From Fimbriosthenelais zetlandica (lineage: Eukaryota), in NCBI GenBank assembly GCA_977030845.1, contig OZ365118.1, positions 16,988,001 through 17,052,000 on the forward strand: a stretch of DNA of 64,000 nucleotides, written 5' to 3'. The notes under the pieces were generated by a model. That model worked only from the letters and a program-made list of their open reading frames with translations. It was not told where the DNA came from and did not search any database. This document shows, one piece after another, positions 26,524 to 39,149 of the stretch. The number at the start of each line of letters is the position of its first letter. Within the stretch, counting starts at the first letter, position 1. The position numbers were made by a program, and so were the translations under genes.

Positions 26524-29180
26524 GTGAGAAAACCCCTGAGGCAAATGTAAAAAATGTTAGATATTAGGTTGAGTGACGCCAGTAGGAAGAGGAGGGAATA
26601 ATGGACTGGACAGCTTAATATATCTCATGAGAATTGATTCACCACATCTTGGGTATTCAATTTGGATAGACAGTCTTGGTTATATCAATGTGAATCTTTT
26701 TCAAGAAACCATCAACTTTGAAAGAGATAAGGGACGACAACTACCCTACTTGTTGAGAAGCTTAACAAGATGTTGGGTGCTTGTCGCAGGTTCACTGGCC
26801 TGGTGCCAGGCAGGATATGGTTAGCACTCATTGTCGTGACCTGGCCGTGTCAAGGCGCCTCACTCTATGGCTTGTCAGTGATTAGCAACCTACCTCTGAC
26901 AATCAAAGGCCGCGCTGACCAATACCTTCCCTCACCACTTGGCATGCACACCCTGGTAAAGGGCAACTCTATGCCATCGCTCCTGAGAATGGCAGGACAC
27001 CAATAGGTGGCTGTCAAACATTGTAATCAGCTCTGCTATGGTCCCCTAGGGCCGGTGTGGACCATGTGTGACACATCCCGGTGCTTATTCTCTTCATGCA
27101 CAATGGGTGTCATAAAATGGCTGCAAGAAATGAAACCGGGCCAGGTCGCCATAAAAACTGGAGTAATTTAGGTAAGGGCCATGCAAATATCACACTTATT
27201 AATCATGCCTCGCTGCTAGTTCAAGATCACCAGACTGGGATTATGCTTCAAGCTGCGTCCGCAGGTGATGGCAATAGATTCAGATCAAGTCAATGACTCC
27301 CCGGACACACTCCAGGTGGCATGGTGGTGTTTTGTTTCGTTCTTTTTCTCGTAGATTGTACCATTGTCGCCGACTCATCATCGCAGCTAACGATGGTGAG
27401 ATGAAATGAGAGATAAAGCAGTGTAGATATAAAGCCTGTATAGCTCATCATTTCCACTGCTGAGTGGCTCAGGCTGAAAGTGCAATCCCATGTCGGCCTC
27501 CTCAAGGGAAGACCGTCCGTAAATTACAACTGAAACTAGCAAAGCTCCAAGCATTTAATTTATGGCAGCAAAGATCCCCTCCATCAACTACAAGACAGTA
27601 CCAAGTAGCAAGAAGCTTTCCTTGCACTTTAGTGTGAGTAACAAGTTTAAGGCTGGCCGTAAAGTGAAGCCAGTTCAGGTAATGACCCGGACCTGGTGTT
27701 TTCTCCTTTGCGCCGGTGTTAGGCAAACTGAGGAAAAGCTTTCCTCAGCTTATGTTAACGGGGTTTCACAGTCTCCTAAAAATAAATCCTATGATGTGAT
27801 AACCCAGTAATATGCTCTATCAGACCAAACTGGCCTTTCAATGGCAACCGAGGGAGCCACTGGCCGGGCTTTGTCGGCCTGCTTATCAGGACAGCCCCAG
27901 TTTCACAGCCGTTTTCCCAGCTAAGAATCACCCCTCCCCACCCCACAGAGTTCTCCATGAACCAGCTCGCTCAGTGTGCACCCTGTCTTAAAATGGTCAC
28001 CTCCTCCGATTGGATTTTAAATGGGGAGGATCGAAAATGCCAGGGGACTACGTTATCAGGTGGAGCAGGTTCCTCTCACTGAGAAGGCGTAATTCGGCCC
28101 GGTTTTTCCCTTGGTAAACATTACTTGATAGCTTTGGAAAAATGTCTTCTGATTTTCACAGAAGTTCTGCTGAATGAGCACAGGATATAAGCTGCCTATT
28201 AAAGGGATCTGCTTCACTTCGTCTGTAAATAGACGGAATCCCATAATCTGCCCTCTAGCAAGCAATGATGCCTCTCTTGTTTCCCTCATTCAAACAGTCG
28301 GTGAAAAGGATTACCTTTGAAAGTCGGCTATGTGCACACATTTACTGAAAGCAACTGCCAATGACTCTGGCAGGTCTGCTGAAGACATTCAGCAAAAGGA
28401 CAGCAATAAGGGATATCAATTTCAGCTCCGATGTTTGACTCCCTGTTTACTATAGGATGTCAGGCAGTCCATGGCTTGAAGTTGTATCATAAAATACCCA
28501 ATATATATTAGGTAATCATTTGTTTTTTTCTTTGTTCACAATAGTATCCTTCATGAAAAGGGCAAATAAAGTAGAAAGAATCTTATTTACTATATGGATT
28601 TCCTTAGTTCCATCTTGTGTCAGAAGGTCAGGGCAGGAAGCAGGATAATGGGACAGTCCGGGGTAAACAGAAGGAAATTATGGCCACGAGTGGGTCAATA
28701 AATGTTGGTGGAGTGTGCTCTAAAGTATTACAGACAAATTTCTCCTCCAACCATTTTCGACTTACAAGATTCTCTGCGCTAGATAGCAACAAAAGGAGAA
28801 TGACATGGTTTCACTGGAGGAATTGTAAAGGACTAATGCACAGATAAGTACCTCTAGATATAGGTTAAGGACAGTATCAGTGGGGAATGTAAGGCAGAAA
28901 ATACATTCAAGGCGGTGAACTTAAGTGCTGGCCAAGCCTTCCATTGTTGTCTAATATTATCCACATCTAGCCTAAAGTGAAGGAGAAGCCGGGATTTTAT
29001 ATAAGGCCTTATCTTCCGGCATCTCTCATCCTCTGTGCATTTGAAGAGGGCCGTCCTTTTAGACAATCTGGATCCGTTGTGAAATATTAAAGGAGAGCTG
29101 GGTGGGAACTCGATTCTGGTCAGGTCGTAAGGATATACGGGCTACGAGACGTAATCAATAGGGGCTTTTGGGATGACTAG

Positions 29181-29188
29181 TGACGTCA
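29181..29188. promoter_or_regulatory. Perfect palindromic CRE (TGACGTCA)
   Basis: Exact 8-mer with unmutated CpG. Confidence 0.35.
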
Positions 29189-29282
29189 GTAAGGTGAAGA
29201 GACCTCATTGGATGGTCTGGATTAGAATGATTAGCATAAAGTGTTCAATATAGCACTTAGGTCCTGCTCAAACATAAATCAC

Positions 29283-29297
29283 GCTGCCACCTTGTGG
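29283..29297 (-). promoter_or_regulatory. CTCF core motif
   Basis: Minus strand CCACAAGGTGGCAGC matches 14/15 positions of the CCASYAGRKGGCRSY consensus. Confidence 0.55.
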
Positions 29298-30119
29298 TGC
29301 AACTGGTCATCATGGGGTGGAGGCCGGATGTGTAGGACATGGGGGACTGGACAAAGCAACAGGCATTTTACATTAAGACCAGAGCCCTTACCTCATACCA
29401 GGCAAGTGACCATGTCATGATTTATTTCCTGCCAGAAGTAAGGCTTGTGGCTTGGTTTAACACTAAGAACTGACAGTGATGGCTTCCTAGAATAGATGGG
29501 GCCGACATAGCAGTTGATCCACTATAAGGGCAAACTTTTCTCTTAAAGAAGTGACCTCACAGCTTTATTTTTTTCGTAAAAAGTAAAAGCACTGCTATCC
29601 ATGATATGTCATGAGCAATGCACTAACCAGATTTTTGGATTGCTTGACAATGGACTCTGTGTGGCAGTATCACCGAGGCATGCTATGAATCTGGTATTAC
29701 CCCAGTTTCATCCAAAACCCATATGTAACGTCCAAGTCATGTATTGTAGGTTTTATTACCACTTCCATCCATGACGATAGCATCAAGCCCGGAAATCCAA
29801 TACAAGATCAGATATTGCATGGGGTTGCTAGGAGAGGCTGACATAGTATTTTTCGACATGCTTCTGGCATGACGTACGCCGATAATGTGGGGCTGATAAA
29901 GGGCGGTCTATTCCCAGGAGACGGTCACTTACAGGTCTGGAACAAATATGTGAATCTTCACACAAAATAGACCCAATTTGTCAAGATCGAACCCAACCCG
30001 AGCACCACCAGGAGTGGGTCCTTATAAAGGAGCCCTTGTGTCAGAGGAGCTTTATGAGGACTCTGAGAGGTATGATTCAATCATCGGCCGTGCACATGGG
30101 AGAATAACTATGATCTAGA

Positions 30120-30280
30120 ACCATTTTATTGGACGGATTTTCCTTCGTCTTAAAAAAAAACCAAGTCTGTGTGGGATCATTTCACGGCCCTTTTCAATTT
30201 GGTCGTTATCCGTCATGATCACGGCAGCTTAGGCAGATCCATTTTAATGGCGCTTTACGGCCCACTGTCAACTCTAGCCG
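30120..30280. promoter_or_regulatory. Candidate CNE with HOX/CDX and MEIS sites
   Basis: TTTTATTGG 30124, TTTTAATGG 30242, TTTACGG 30254, TGTCA 30266; many CpGs. Confidence 0.4.
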
Positions 30281-30339
30281 GGGAGTTATCTCTAAATTGC
30301 CCCTGGGGTTTGGTCTCTAGATTCTAGAGGGTTGTTTCT

Positions 30340-30618
30340 CTATCTAACTGTCTCTAAAAGTGGCGTGATTTCCCGCAGACCGACATGGCTGCTCCTCAAG
30401 CTCAATGTGGATGATTGCGAGTAGCAAGATGAGGAGTCGGTCTGGGCTGCAGGAAAAAGTAGATCCGACCCGCCTGCGTAGGGATATGTAGACATGGAGT
30501 AGACCTCCGGAAGTCCATCCATCTTGATTTGCTTGTGAACGGCCACGTGATCAAAGGTGCACGTGTCTGCGCAGCAAGGCTTGCGTAGTGGATCCATGGA
30601 GTATGGGAGAATCCTCAA
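30340..30618 (-). CDS. Uncharacterised ORF with S/Y/P-rich, transcription-factor-like composition (may be non-coding)
   Basis: 92-aa ORF (stop-free frame extends to 30759); strong Kozak AAGATGG at MDGLPEVY; CpG-rich; no homolog recognised and no convincing splice sites. Confidence 0.2.
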   Translation of the reverse strand: MRILPYSMDPLRKPCCADTCTFDHVAVHKQIKMDGLPEVYSMSTYPYAGGSDLLFPAAQTDSSSCYSQSSTLSLRSSHVGLREITPLLETVR

Positions 30619-31054
30619 GCCCAGTCCATCCCTAGAGCTTGTGATACTTTTGTTTCGAGCACGTGTTGTGTGAAAAGGGATTAGAATTAAGTCCCATCCG
30701 TGAGGGGGCTCATGGAAATTGAATGGAATCCCCCATGAGTGTGGTTGTAAAATTGGGATTTACTCCGTAATCATATTGCAGGGCTCTTGCCATGCTCTAA
30801 AACAATAGTTTATCCTCGTTTTAATTGGAAATTTCTATTGTAAGAGTTCAGTACTATAATCTGATTCTGTCAATATAAGTGTGATTAAGGCATATACATT
30901 AGGTAGTTAATGCCCCCCTATAATCAGTGGATCATTCTGTAATGCCATGCCTCCTCTCATTAAATTTAATATTACATAACCTTCATTGAATAAAAGTGGA
31001 TTAAAATTTCATTTTCGCCCTCTTTATGGAATAAAGGTGCAGCAAACACGTGTT
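30544..31054. promoter_or_regulatory. Cluster of four canonical E-boxes (CACGTG)
   Basis: CACGTG at 30544, 30560, 30660 and 31047; TCF/LEF-like ATCAAAG at 30550 between the first two. Confidence 0.45.
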
Positions 31055-34000
31055 ATTAATCCTCTGAGCTGGGCTATTGCTGGCATTTGGCCTTAAAAGT
31101 ATTCCAAAGAACAATGGCTTACTTGGTTTCAAAGATAATACCTCATCTTTGGAAAGCCCATTGACTTTACACAATTACGGGAGTAACAAAATAACAACGG
31201 CTACTCCTCGGCGTGAGGAGGAGAGGGATGTGTCATGGATGTGGAGGAGTTTGAGGAGGGAGGGGTGCTCATTAGAGCCCTATAAGGGTGTGGTGGAGGA
31301 GGGAAGCCACCCACTATGTATCATCATTACCCCTGAATATGATAAAACAATACGCTTAAGCTTATTTGACTGCAATTATCTACGACATAGCGTCACAGTG
31401 CTTCGTTCTTCTGGCCGCCACTATGTCTTCATTATGGCACGTGGTATATTTTATGTATAAATGGCCGCAGCTCATCAGTCAAGATAACATGTCACGTATG
31501 TATCTGTCCCAGAAAAAGATTCATGGCATTGGCTTTTTCGTTGTTCCCATGTATCTGTGTCAGCGACTCTTACTATATTAGGCCGTACCAATACTATATT
31601 AGGCAGTCCGAGGAAATTTACATGTTTGCTGGGCTGAGTAATGGATAGGCCAAATATAACCTAAAACCAAGCACCCGGAAAATGGGTTTTGCCTCTTACA
31701 TTTGGTGGAGTGCAAATAAGATGGCACTACCTTCATCAGTAGCTTTCTAATGACTATATCAGCATATATATGTCAGAGATAGGAGGATATACAAATGACC
31801 TTTTTAAGAAGGTTGGTTTACTGTTGTGCAGGTACCACTCACTGCCAACACCCATAATATAAGCTTCAATAAGGGTAATCCTTACATTGTGAACTCTATT
31901 GATTAGTATTTTATTAATCAATAATGAAGCTTGTCATTTTAATCAGAAATTTATACAATGCGCGGTTTCCCGATAAGCGCTGTAATTCAGAACAGTTACC
32001 TTTAAATCAAGGCGGGCTTGGTTATCAGTGGGAGTTCATTTTGAATCATCATGTTTTGTGCGATAATGGACTAATAGGCAATTAGTCTGGACCGTTTTCT
32101 CCCATTGTACTGACATTAGTCAAATAAGCTAATTACCGAAGCTGAAGCTCATTTTTTGCATGTGCAGCTTAAGAAATGATGAAAGGGTAAACAGTGGTCG
32201 GTTTCCTACAGTGTCTCCTTATGGTAATTTCTCCATGTATTAACATGAATGGGGCTCTGTTATGGGGGAATGGAGTTCAGGTGTTATCTTTGGATCTATC
32301 TCAGTTAATAGTAGATCAAAGTGGTGAGCTTATATACTCTTTTATCTCCCATTTTTTTGCATTATACTCCTTAACTCATATCTTCTATAATTATATGAGC
32401 ATTTTCTAGTGTGTAGATCCTCAAATATAAACAATGGATTACATATATAAGCAAGGGGAGCTTTAATACCAGGTTTTACCTATATTTTACATGGTTTTGG
32501 CAGCAGAATTGAATGAAATCAAAATTGATCAATTGCTAATATATTTACTGTGTGTTATTGCACTGAGTCCCCTTATTCACATAGAGATCTGAACATGATT
32601 ATTTAGTATTAGTTTTATAGATATTTTACAGCTGGCCCGCACCTGCTGACACCATCACCATATTTACACTGTGTTTTGAAATAGATAAAAAAATTCAAGA
32701 GCTTTAAAAAGAGATAAATATTACCCACTATTGATGCTGTCCCAATAATGCCAACCACCTGTACACGTATTGTTTGAAACGAAATGAGCATCAGTTTATG
32801 TCTGAATTCCCAGTGAACATAAAAGTTATCAAACCTCTTATGAATATGAGACTAGTGCATCGAGACCTTATATATATAGATAAACAAAACCATTACCGTA
32901 AAGTTGGATTAGAATCCGTTCCAGTAGGTATAAATTTCACTGTATAATCTAAAGTCATAAAATCAGCTGTTAATCGGTACTCTAGCAGTTGGGGATTAGG
33001 TCGCTAAATTAGCAGATTACCAGGGATGGAGTCTGAGATAGCGGATATAGAGTGTCCTGGTTGGATGGATAAGCCGTCCATGTTTATAAGGGAGTTGATA
33101 TGTAGTTTATGACAGATGTGATGGATTAAGCATTTAGTTATCCCCTCCCTCATCCTTTACTTAGAAAATGTGGGCGTAGAGTTATAGACTGAGAGATTGT
33201 ATAATGAGAAAGTGCATCTCATTCATACATTATTTTCTTCCCTTTTAATACCAAAATACATTTAGAAAACATTTCGAATATGCTGCCTTGAATAATTTAT
33301 ACTGAAAAAGTGATTCTCGGTGACATTTTGAAAATAATTTCACTTTTCAATATCTTCGAGTGAGGCCATTACTGGAGCTGTCAAATATACGGCGATATCA
33401 TCTTGGCAATATTGCAGCATCCCAAGTTACAGTCAGTGTGCGAAGCTGGTTGAAAAACGCCCAATATCAGGTGATTACAACCAAAAGTGTTTTTCATTGA
33501 ACTGGCAAACAGTCTTCTTTAGCCCTGTGAAGCTGCACCTAAGCTGAACAGCTTAAAACGTGGAATTGAAGCTAACGTTTCAAGAACAGAAAAAGCCAAG
33601 AAGAGTGAAGCTGGGCAATCATAACGTGAATAGGGCCTAATATAAGCACCAGCCAGGGCTAGGTCTCCCCTATCTATTGCAATTAGAGATGAAGGTCATG
33701 TTAAAATCCCAGCCCATAATCACTCGCCTTGTGCTAGGAGTGGGATTTTTCAGGGAGCTGCTCGGCTAAATGTTAGCAGGCTGGGTATAGTGTAAGGCGA
33801 GTTACTCGGGCTAAATGCATCTTTCAGTTTCCAATCCTGCTCATATCGGGCGTATTCAGGCGGTAATACCTAGTAAGGGAAGGCCAGTGAATGGGAGCAG
33901 CAGGGGGAACACTTTGTAGGTTATTACTGGCCCTCGTGCCATCCAGTCACCCTCCCTGGCTAGACTTTTACCCATTACCGGGCAGGCATTTTTGTCTCAA

Positions 34001-37000
34001 GGCTTCAACCTCCTAAGAAGCTCTCTAAAATAACACTGTACATACAACAAAGTTACCAGAGTTTTTTTCTTGTCTATGAGTAGCGTTTTCTATACGCCTT
34101 TAACACAGATGGTAGTAACAAGGTCAAAGACAAGTGTCATTTAGAAGTTGTATTGTGCATGTTCTTCTAACAACGTATTGTTTATTTTGCCTTAGACTTT
34201 GATGAAAAGACTGCGAGAACAATCACGTCAAAGTGATTTGTAGCTGCTGCTAAACTAGAGTTCTTTCCTCATCTATTCAGGCTTCCAATATAGTATGGTG
34301 TATACATGTCTGGATATTGTTTTTAAGATATTTTTGAGCGACAGCTACTTGAGGTATTACTTTGAGAAAATAGAACTGTACATTTCTCACTCGAAGGCTT
34401 TGGCAGGATGAGGTATAGCCAAGTTCATTACCACTGGCATATTTGAGCTTTTTTGTTGGTTAAGAAAAATGTGGAAACTTGGTAGTGAGAAATTCTTTGC
34501 ATTGATAATGTATTCCATTTCCCGAGAACAAATCATCATGGGTGATAGAGGCTGGCAAAGTATGCCCAAAAAGGTATTTTCCCTTATTGGCATGGGAAAA
34601 TGGGCAAAACCAAATTACATTTTTCCAGTGTCTCTCGGAGACAGCTGTTTAAAAAGGTGCCAAGGTAAACTAAATGAAGAAGACGTTTTATGCTTCTAGA
34701 GGCGAGGCAGCTTCTTTGGCCGCGGCATTGCTGTGGGAAATGGCTTGAAGCCAGGCACACGAACAGCACACGAAGGTATGCAAATCAGCGTAGGTGCCTG
34801 ACTTTATTTATAACTGGGAGTTACTGTATCATAAATATACCACATCCGAACCCACCATGTTTAGTTCTGCGAGAAAACGAATTCGGTCCTAAATAAATTG
34901 TGGAAATATTCAGTGAGTTTGGGATACTCTACTGTGGCATGAATGTTATAATGCCATGCTTTGCAGCAGCCACATCATTGATCGTCCAATAAAAGTCATG
35001 GCAATAATGTAAAGGTATAGTGGTATTTCCTGACTAAATACTGTAGGGAACCATGCAAGACTTTGCATACAACCATTAACACTAACTGAGTATCCATTAT
35101 TTATGCCCAGCGCGGCGCAATTTGCCACTTAGGTGTTCACTTATATCGTTTTGGGATGTTATGATTGCATGCACTCAGCCATATCCATTTGCCTCTGTTC
35201 CCAAAATATATTCATTAATGTTACAAACTAAAAGCTGCTATGTTCATCTTTGCATTGAAAATTTCAATAGATGATGTTATGATGTTTGGAGAGCGGAGGA
35301 TAGCCTGTGGGTTGGCTGGAGAAAATAAGGCAGTGCTTCTTGTGTGTGTGGGTGAGTGTATGGGGGAGATTGAGAGGGGTGAGGTCAGTTTCAACATGAA
35401 ATTGCCTGTCAACATGTCAGGCCGGAAGCTATAGCCACTCCACTTACACATATATATTACCCACCTCCTCTCTTTCCTTCTCTCTGGCCCTATCAGTCGG
35501 TCCAGAGGCCGCCCTGAAGACAGTGTCACTAAATAGACCGCACTGGTCGCTGCCTGTCGCAAGCTAAACCTGGGCTGAATATTTGGGATGAGGAGAATGG
35601 AGAGTTTGTGAGTATTTGAGTATGGGGATTTGGATCGTGTTGGTTTGGTATACTGGGATATGGATGAATTCTATAATTATGTTATGACTGGTCCCCAACT
35701 GTGGGCCCTGTTCATAGTATATCGATAGAAATTGTTGACTATGTTTACAAATTATGTTAACTATGTTTACTATGCTTACAAATTGATACATTAAGTCTGT
35801 CATATATAGTAGGGGAGGGGACAGATTAGTACAATATACGTTATGTACTTGTCTAAGGAAGGTATTTTAACCAAATTTAATGCATCAAAGAAATTGGGAT
35901 TCACCTATCCCTGAGTTTCTTATCCCCAACATAATAGCCCATATTTCCATTGGAAACATCACCATGGGGAAAGCCTTAAGGCTCACCTTATTGACCGTGT
36001 AGGGCCTGTAGGTTCATGTAGCATGGATTGTAGCACATTTACCCCCCACCAGACCTCAGCACTTATCGCCCAACAAAACTTCTTGCTCACCACAAATGAG
36101 CGATTCCACGCGATACATATAATGCATGGGGTGTACCCGGGCAGAACAGGCTGGGCGTACCCCTAAGACCTTGGTCCAAGCCCCTCCTACCAGTTTTTAT
36201 GTATTTGCGCTTGGGACCAAGCGTTATCTCTGGCAGACCAACGGCACCTGGAAACCCCTCCGTCTAGGCCGGGGCTACTTTATTCAAAGCACTTTAATTC
36301 TCCATTGAACCTCCTCTGGGCTGGAGTGAAGCTTAGATATATCGACCAGCCTAATCCATGTTAGATCCTCAGTTTTCCTTCCATATCCTTCATTTGCTGG
36401 CCTGAGAGGGCCTAGAGCTGGGGTTTGGGGAGAGTGGACAATTGCTGTTTTATAAGAGGGATTGGTGAAAGGCCTTGAGGGATGGTTGGCTGAGTCTGCG
36501 GTTGAGGCTCATTTGTCTGCTTGACTATCCTCCTGTGAAGGCTGTATTGGACAGCCGGACCGCCAACTGGCCCACAAGTATTTATCATATTACAATATAT
36601 TCTCTACTATCTCACTGCTCTAAATTGATTTCCACACTCTCAGTTGACCAGCCTGCTACTGCTTACACAGCTGCTCAGGAAGGATTGTGACAATTACAAT
36701 CAGCAGTGTAACAAAATATCACTTCTCAAGAAATCAGCTGATGCCAAATGATAAGCTTTCATACCACATTGAGGTATATAAATGTTACATTCAGTCTTTA
36801 ACAGTCCATGGTTAGGGAAATCAATCAGTATGTGGGACCAGAAGCCAGACATCATCCATCAGACAAAGTGACACGTAACGGAACTCCCAAAATGGGAAAG
36901 ATCATTTGAGAATACTTTCTGGCGAACCAGCGACCGCACTCGGAAAGAATTGGCTGGCCGGAAGGGCCCAATTGTCATTGGGCAGAAATATAATGGATGA

Positions 37001-38847
37001 GTTTGACACCCCCCGATAAATCGAGTCTGTCTAGTTACTGTTTTCTGGCAGCGTTATGAAAACACGCTATATAGCAGTGAGAGACCAGTCAATAACGCCG
37101 GCCCACCATTCCTATACCTCCTCTCACCTCCCTCAATAACAGTCGCCAACTGGCCATTTGGCTGTTCTCTTCTATAGCTGCCGGACACCATTTGATGATT
37201 AAGTTATCACCCATGCTTCCCAGCATTATTAGGACCTTGGTCTAGTTTTGGTGGGAGGAAAAGTAGTGGCAACTTAGGGCATTTTGAGGTGCATTTATAT
37301 TATGCTATTTTTAAAAATGAATTCATGCCTTCTTGCTACCCAGTTTTTGGATGTCCTTACACGACATTGGGACTGTTGACCTGGATTTTCAAGTCTGTCT
37401 TTTGGTCCAGTGTTATCGCACTAGTGGATATATTACGTACAAACCACGATACCATCAGCCCATGGCTAAATAAGCATACTGTAAAATCGGTCACATGGGC
37501 AGAAAGCTGGGGCGAAGGGCTGCAGTGCATACAAGTTCCTGACCTCTGAATATCCATCAATGAAAGAATGGTAATACAGTAAACTATGCGGAAGGCTATA
37601 GTCCAGTTCCCTTGCTGGTCATTCCCCCCATTCTGAAATGATCCGCTATATAGATGATATGGGGACATCGGATAAGCGGTGGGCTATTAATCAGGTCTTT
37701 AATATGTGTGGGTTGAGGACGTATGACTGCATGTATTAGTCATATCTCAAAGAAGCAGCGGGCAAATGGGAACAGGAGCAAAAGCCAAAGGGCTGGGAAA
37801 GAGTTTTGGTCTTGCAGGGAGAAGCAGTGTGGCTTGCGTGTTCCACGACAATCTTTGTTTCACTGTGCTGCCCTGACTCGCCAAAAGAATGTCCACCATT
37901 TTGAGCGGACTGATAACAGGCGATTGGCTATAGATAAAATTGGAGACGGCCCGGCACGAAAGCCATCTTTAGGCAGGGTTCCCAGAGTGAATGCTTCTCG
38001 TGAGACAAGTCGGGGGAATTATCATTTACTGGGTATTCTTAGTGTCTAAGGCCTGGCCCCCCACTCCCATTACTGTCAACTCGACCTATATATTTCTCTG
38101 TGTATTTTGTTGCAGAATGGGAACTTCTGTACAGCAGAGCAAAAGCAATGTTCATGTTCCATTTGCCTCATAATAAGTACTCCCCGGGGACGATAAATAA
38201 GGTAGAGTTTAAGGATTCACTTTGTGCTCAAGCCATTCCACCCAAAATGATGATTGTGTGTTGGTCAAACATTGCAGCACCAGCACAATGGTCCAGCATG
38301 GAAACCTTTCAATATATCCCCCACTACTTGTCCTACTTTTGTATTGTATTATTTTATAGGATGGAAAAGCCTGGCTGCTGTGAATTGAGATGTGACTATT
38401 TTCTATCTATACATTGTTTGCCCAGTCGCTGGTCTGACCTCCACTGTTTACTGACCGCTCAGTGTTGGTGGATTCATATAGAGTGGAGATTATATGAAAG
38501 ATTGTATACTCGACGAGTATACACTGAATGCTAGTGACAATCTCACATCCTCAATTAGATACATGCTGAATAACTCTGACACTGTAAAACATTGTATCTA
38601 GTGCACAAGTGAGTACTGTGGAACAGGTTGTTATTTGGTATTTCGTACAATTTCCTATTGTGTTTTAATCAATGCGGTTCAGTTGTACGTTGTTATTGAC
38701 CTTTCAATCTCCACCTTTTCCCATCCTACTCATGTTCCCAATTCTCAGCACAGGTGATTGTCCTATTGTTCAGCAATTGATTATAATCAAGATTTACCAC
38801 CTTGTTTACGTTGTTGAGATGAGTTGCCGGATCAAAATTATAACGCA

Positions 38848-38917
38848 AGATTATTAGGTCTTAACAGTGAAATAAATATCTAGATTATTAGGTCTTAACA
38901 GTGAAATAAATATCTAG
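38848..38917. repeat. Perfect 34-bp tandem duplication
   Basis: AGATTATTAGGTCTTAACAGTGAAATAAATATCT twice, followed by AG. Confidence 0.97.
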
Positions 38918-39055
38918 TTCTCTTTCAAAGTATTACCAAAGACGTGTATGTCTTGACTGCAATAGAGATGAATAGGCTGCAGGCTTAAAATCATAACAAT
39001 ATAATCTGTAAGATGATTCAAAACTAATAGTCATTCCTCTTCTCCTTTCATTTAG

Positions 39056-39149
39056 GTTAGCCCCAGGTACAGCTGAGATACGAGCCTCGGGAGACTTCTC
39101 ATTTCACATTTCATTTTCCATTAAATGACACGTGCCTCGCGTTTCAAAG
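39056..39149 (+). other. Candidate 94-nt non-coding or poison exon
   Basis: Strong acceptor tcattcctcttctcctttcatttag| and donor CAAAG|GTAAGG; stop codons in all three frames. Confidence 0.3.

Noticed and set aside
38100-38534. 144-aa ORF, the longest outside low-complexity DNA
   Set aside because: Random-like composition (W/C/Y-rich), no domain, no splice signals; within chance expectation for six frames of 64 kb
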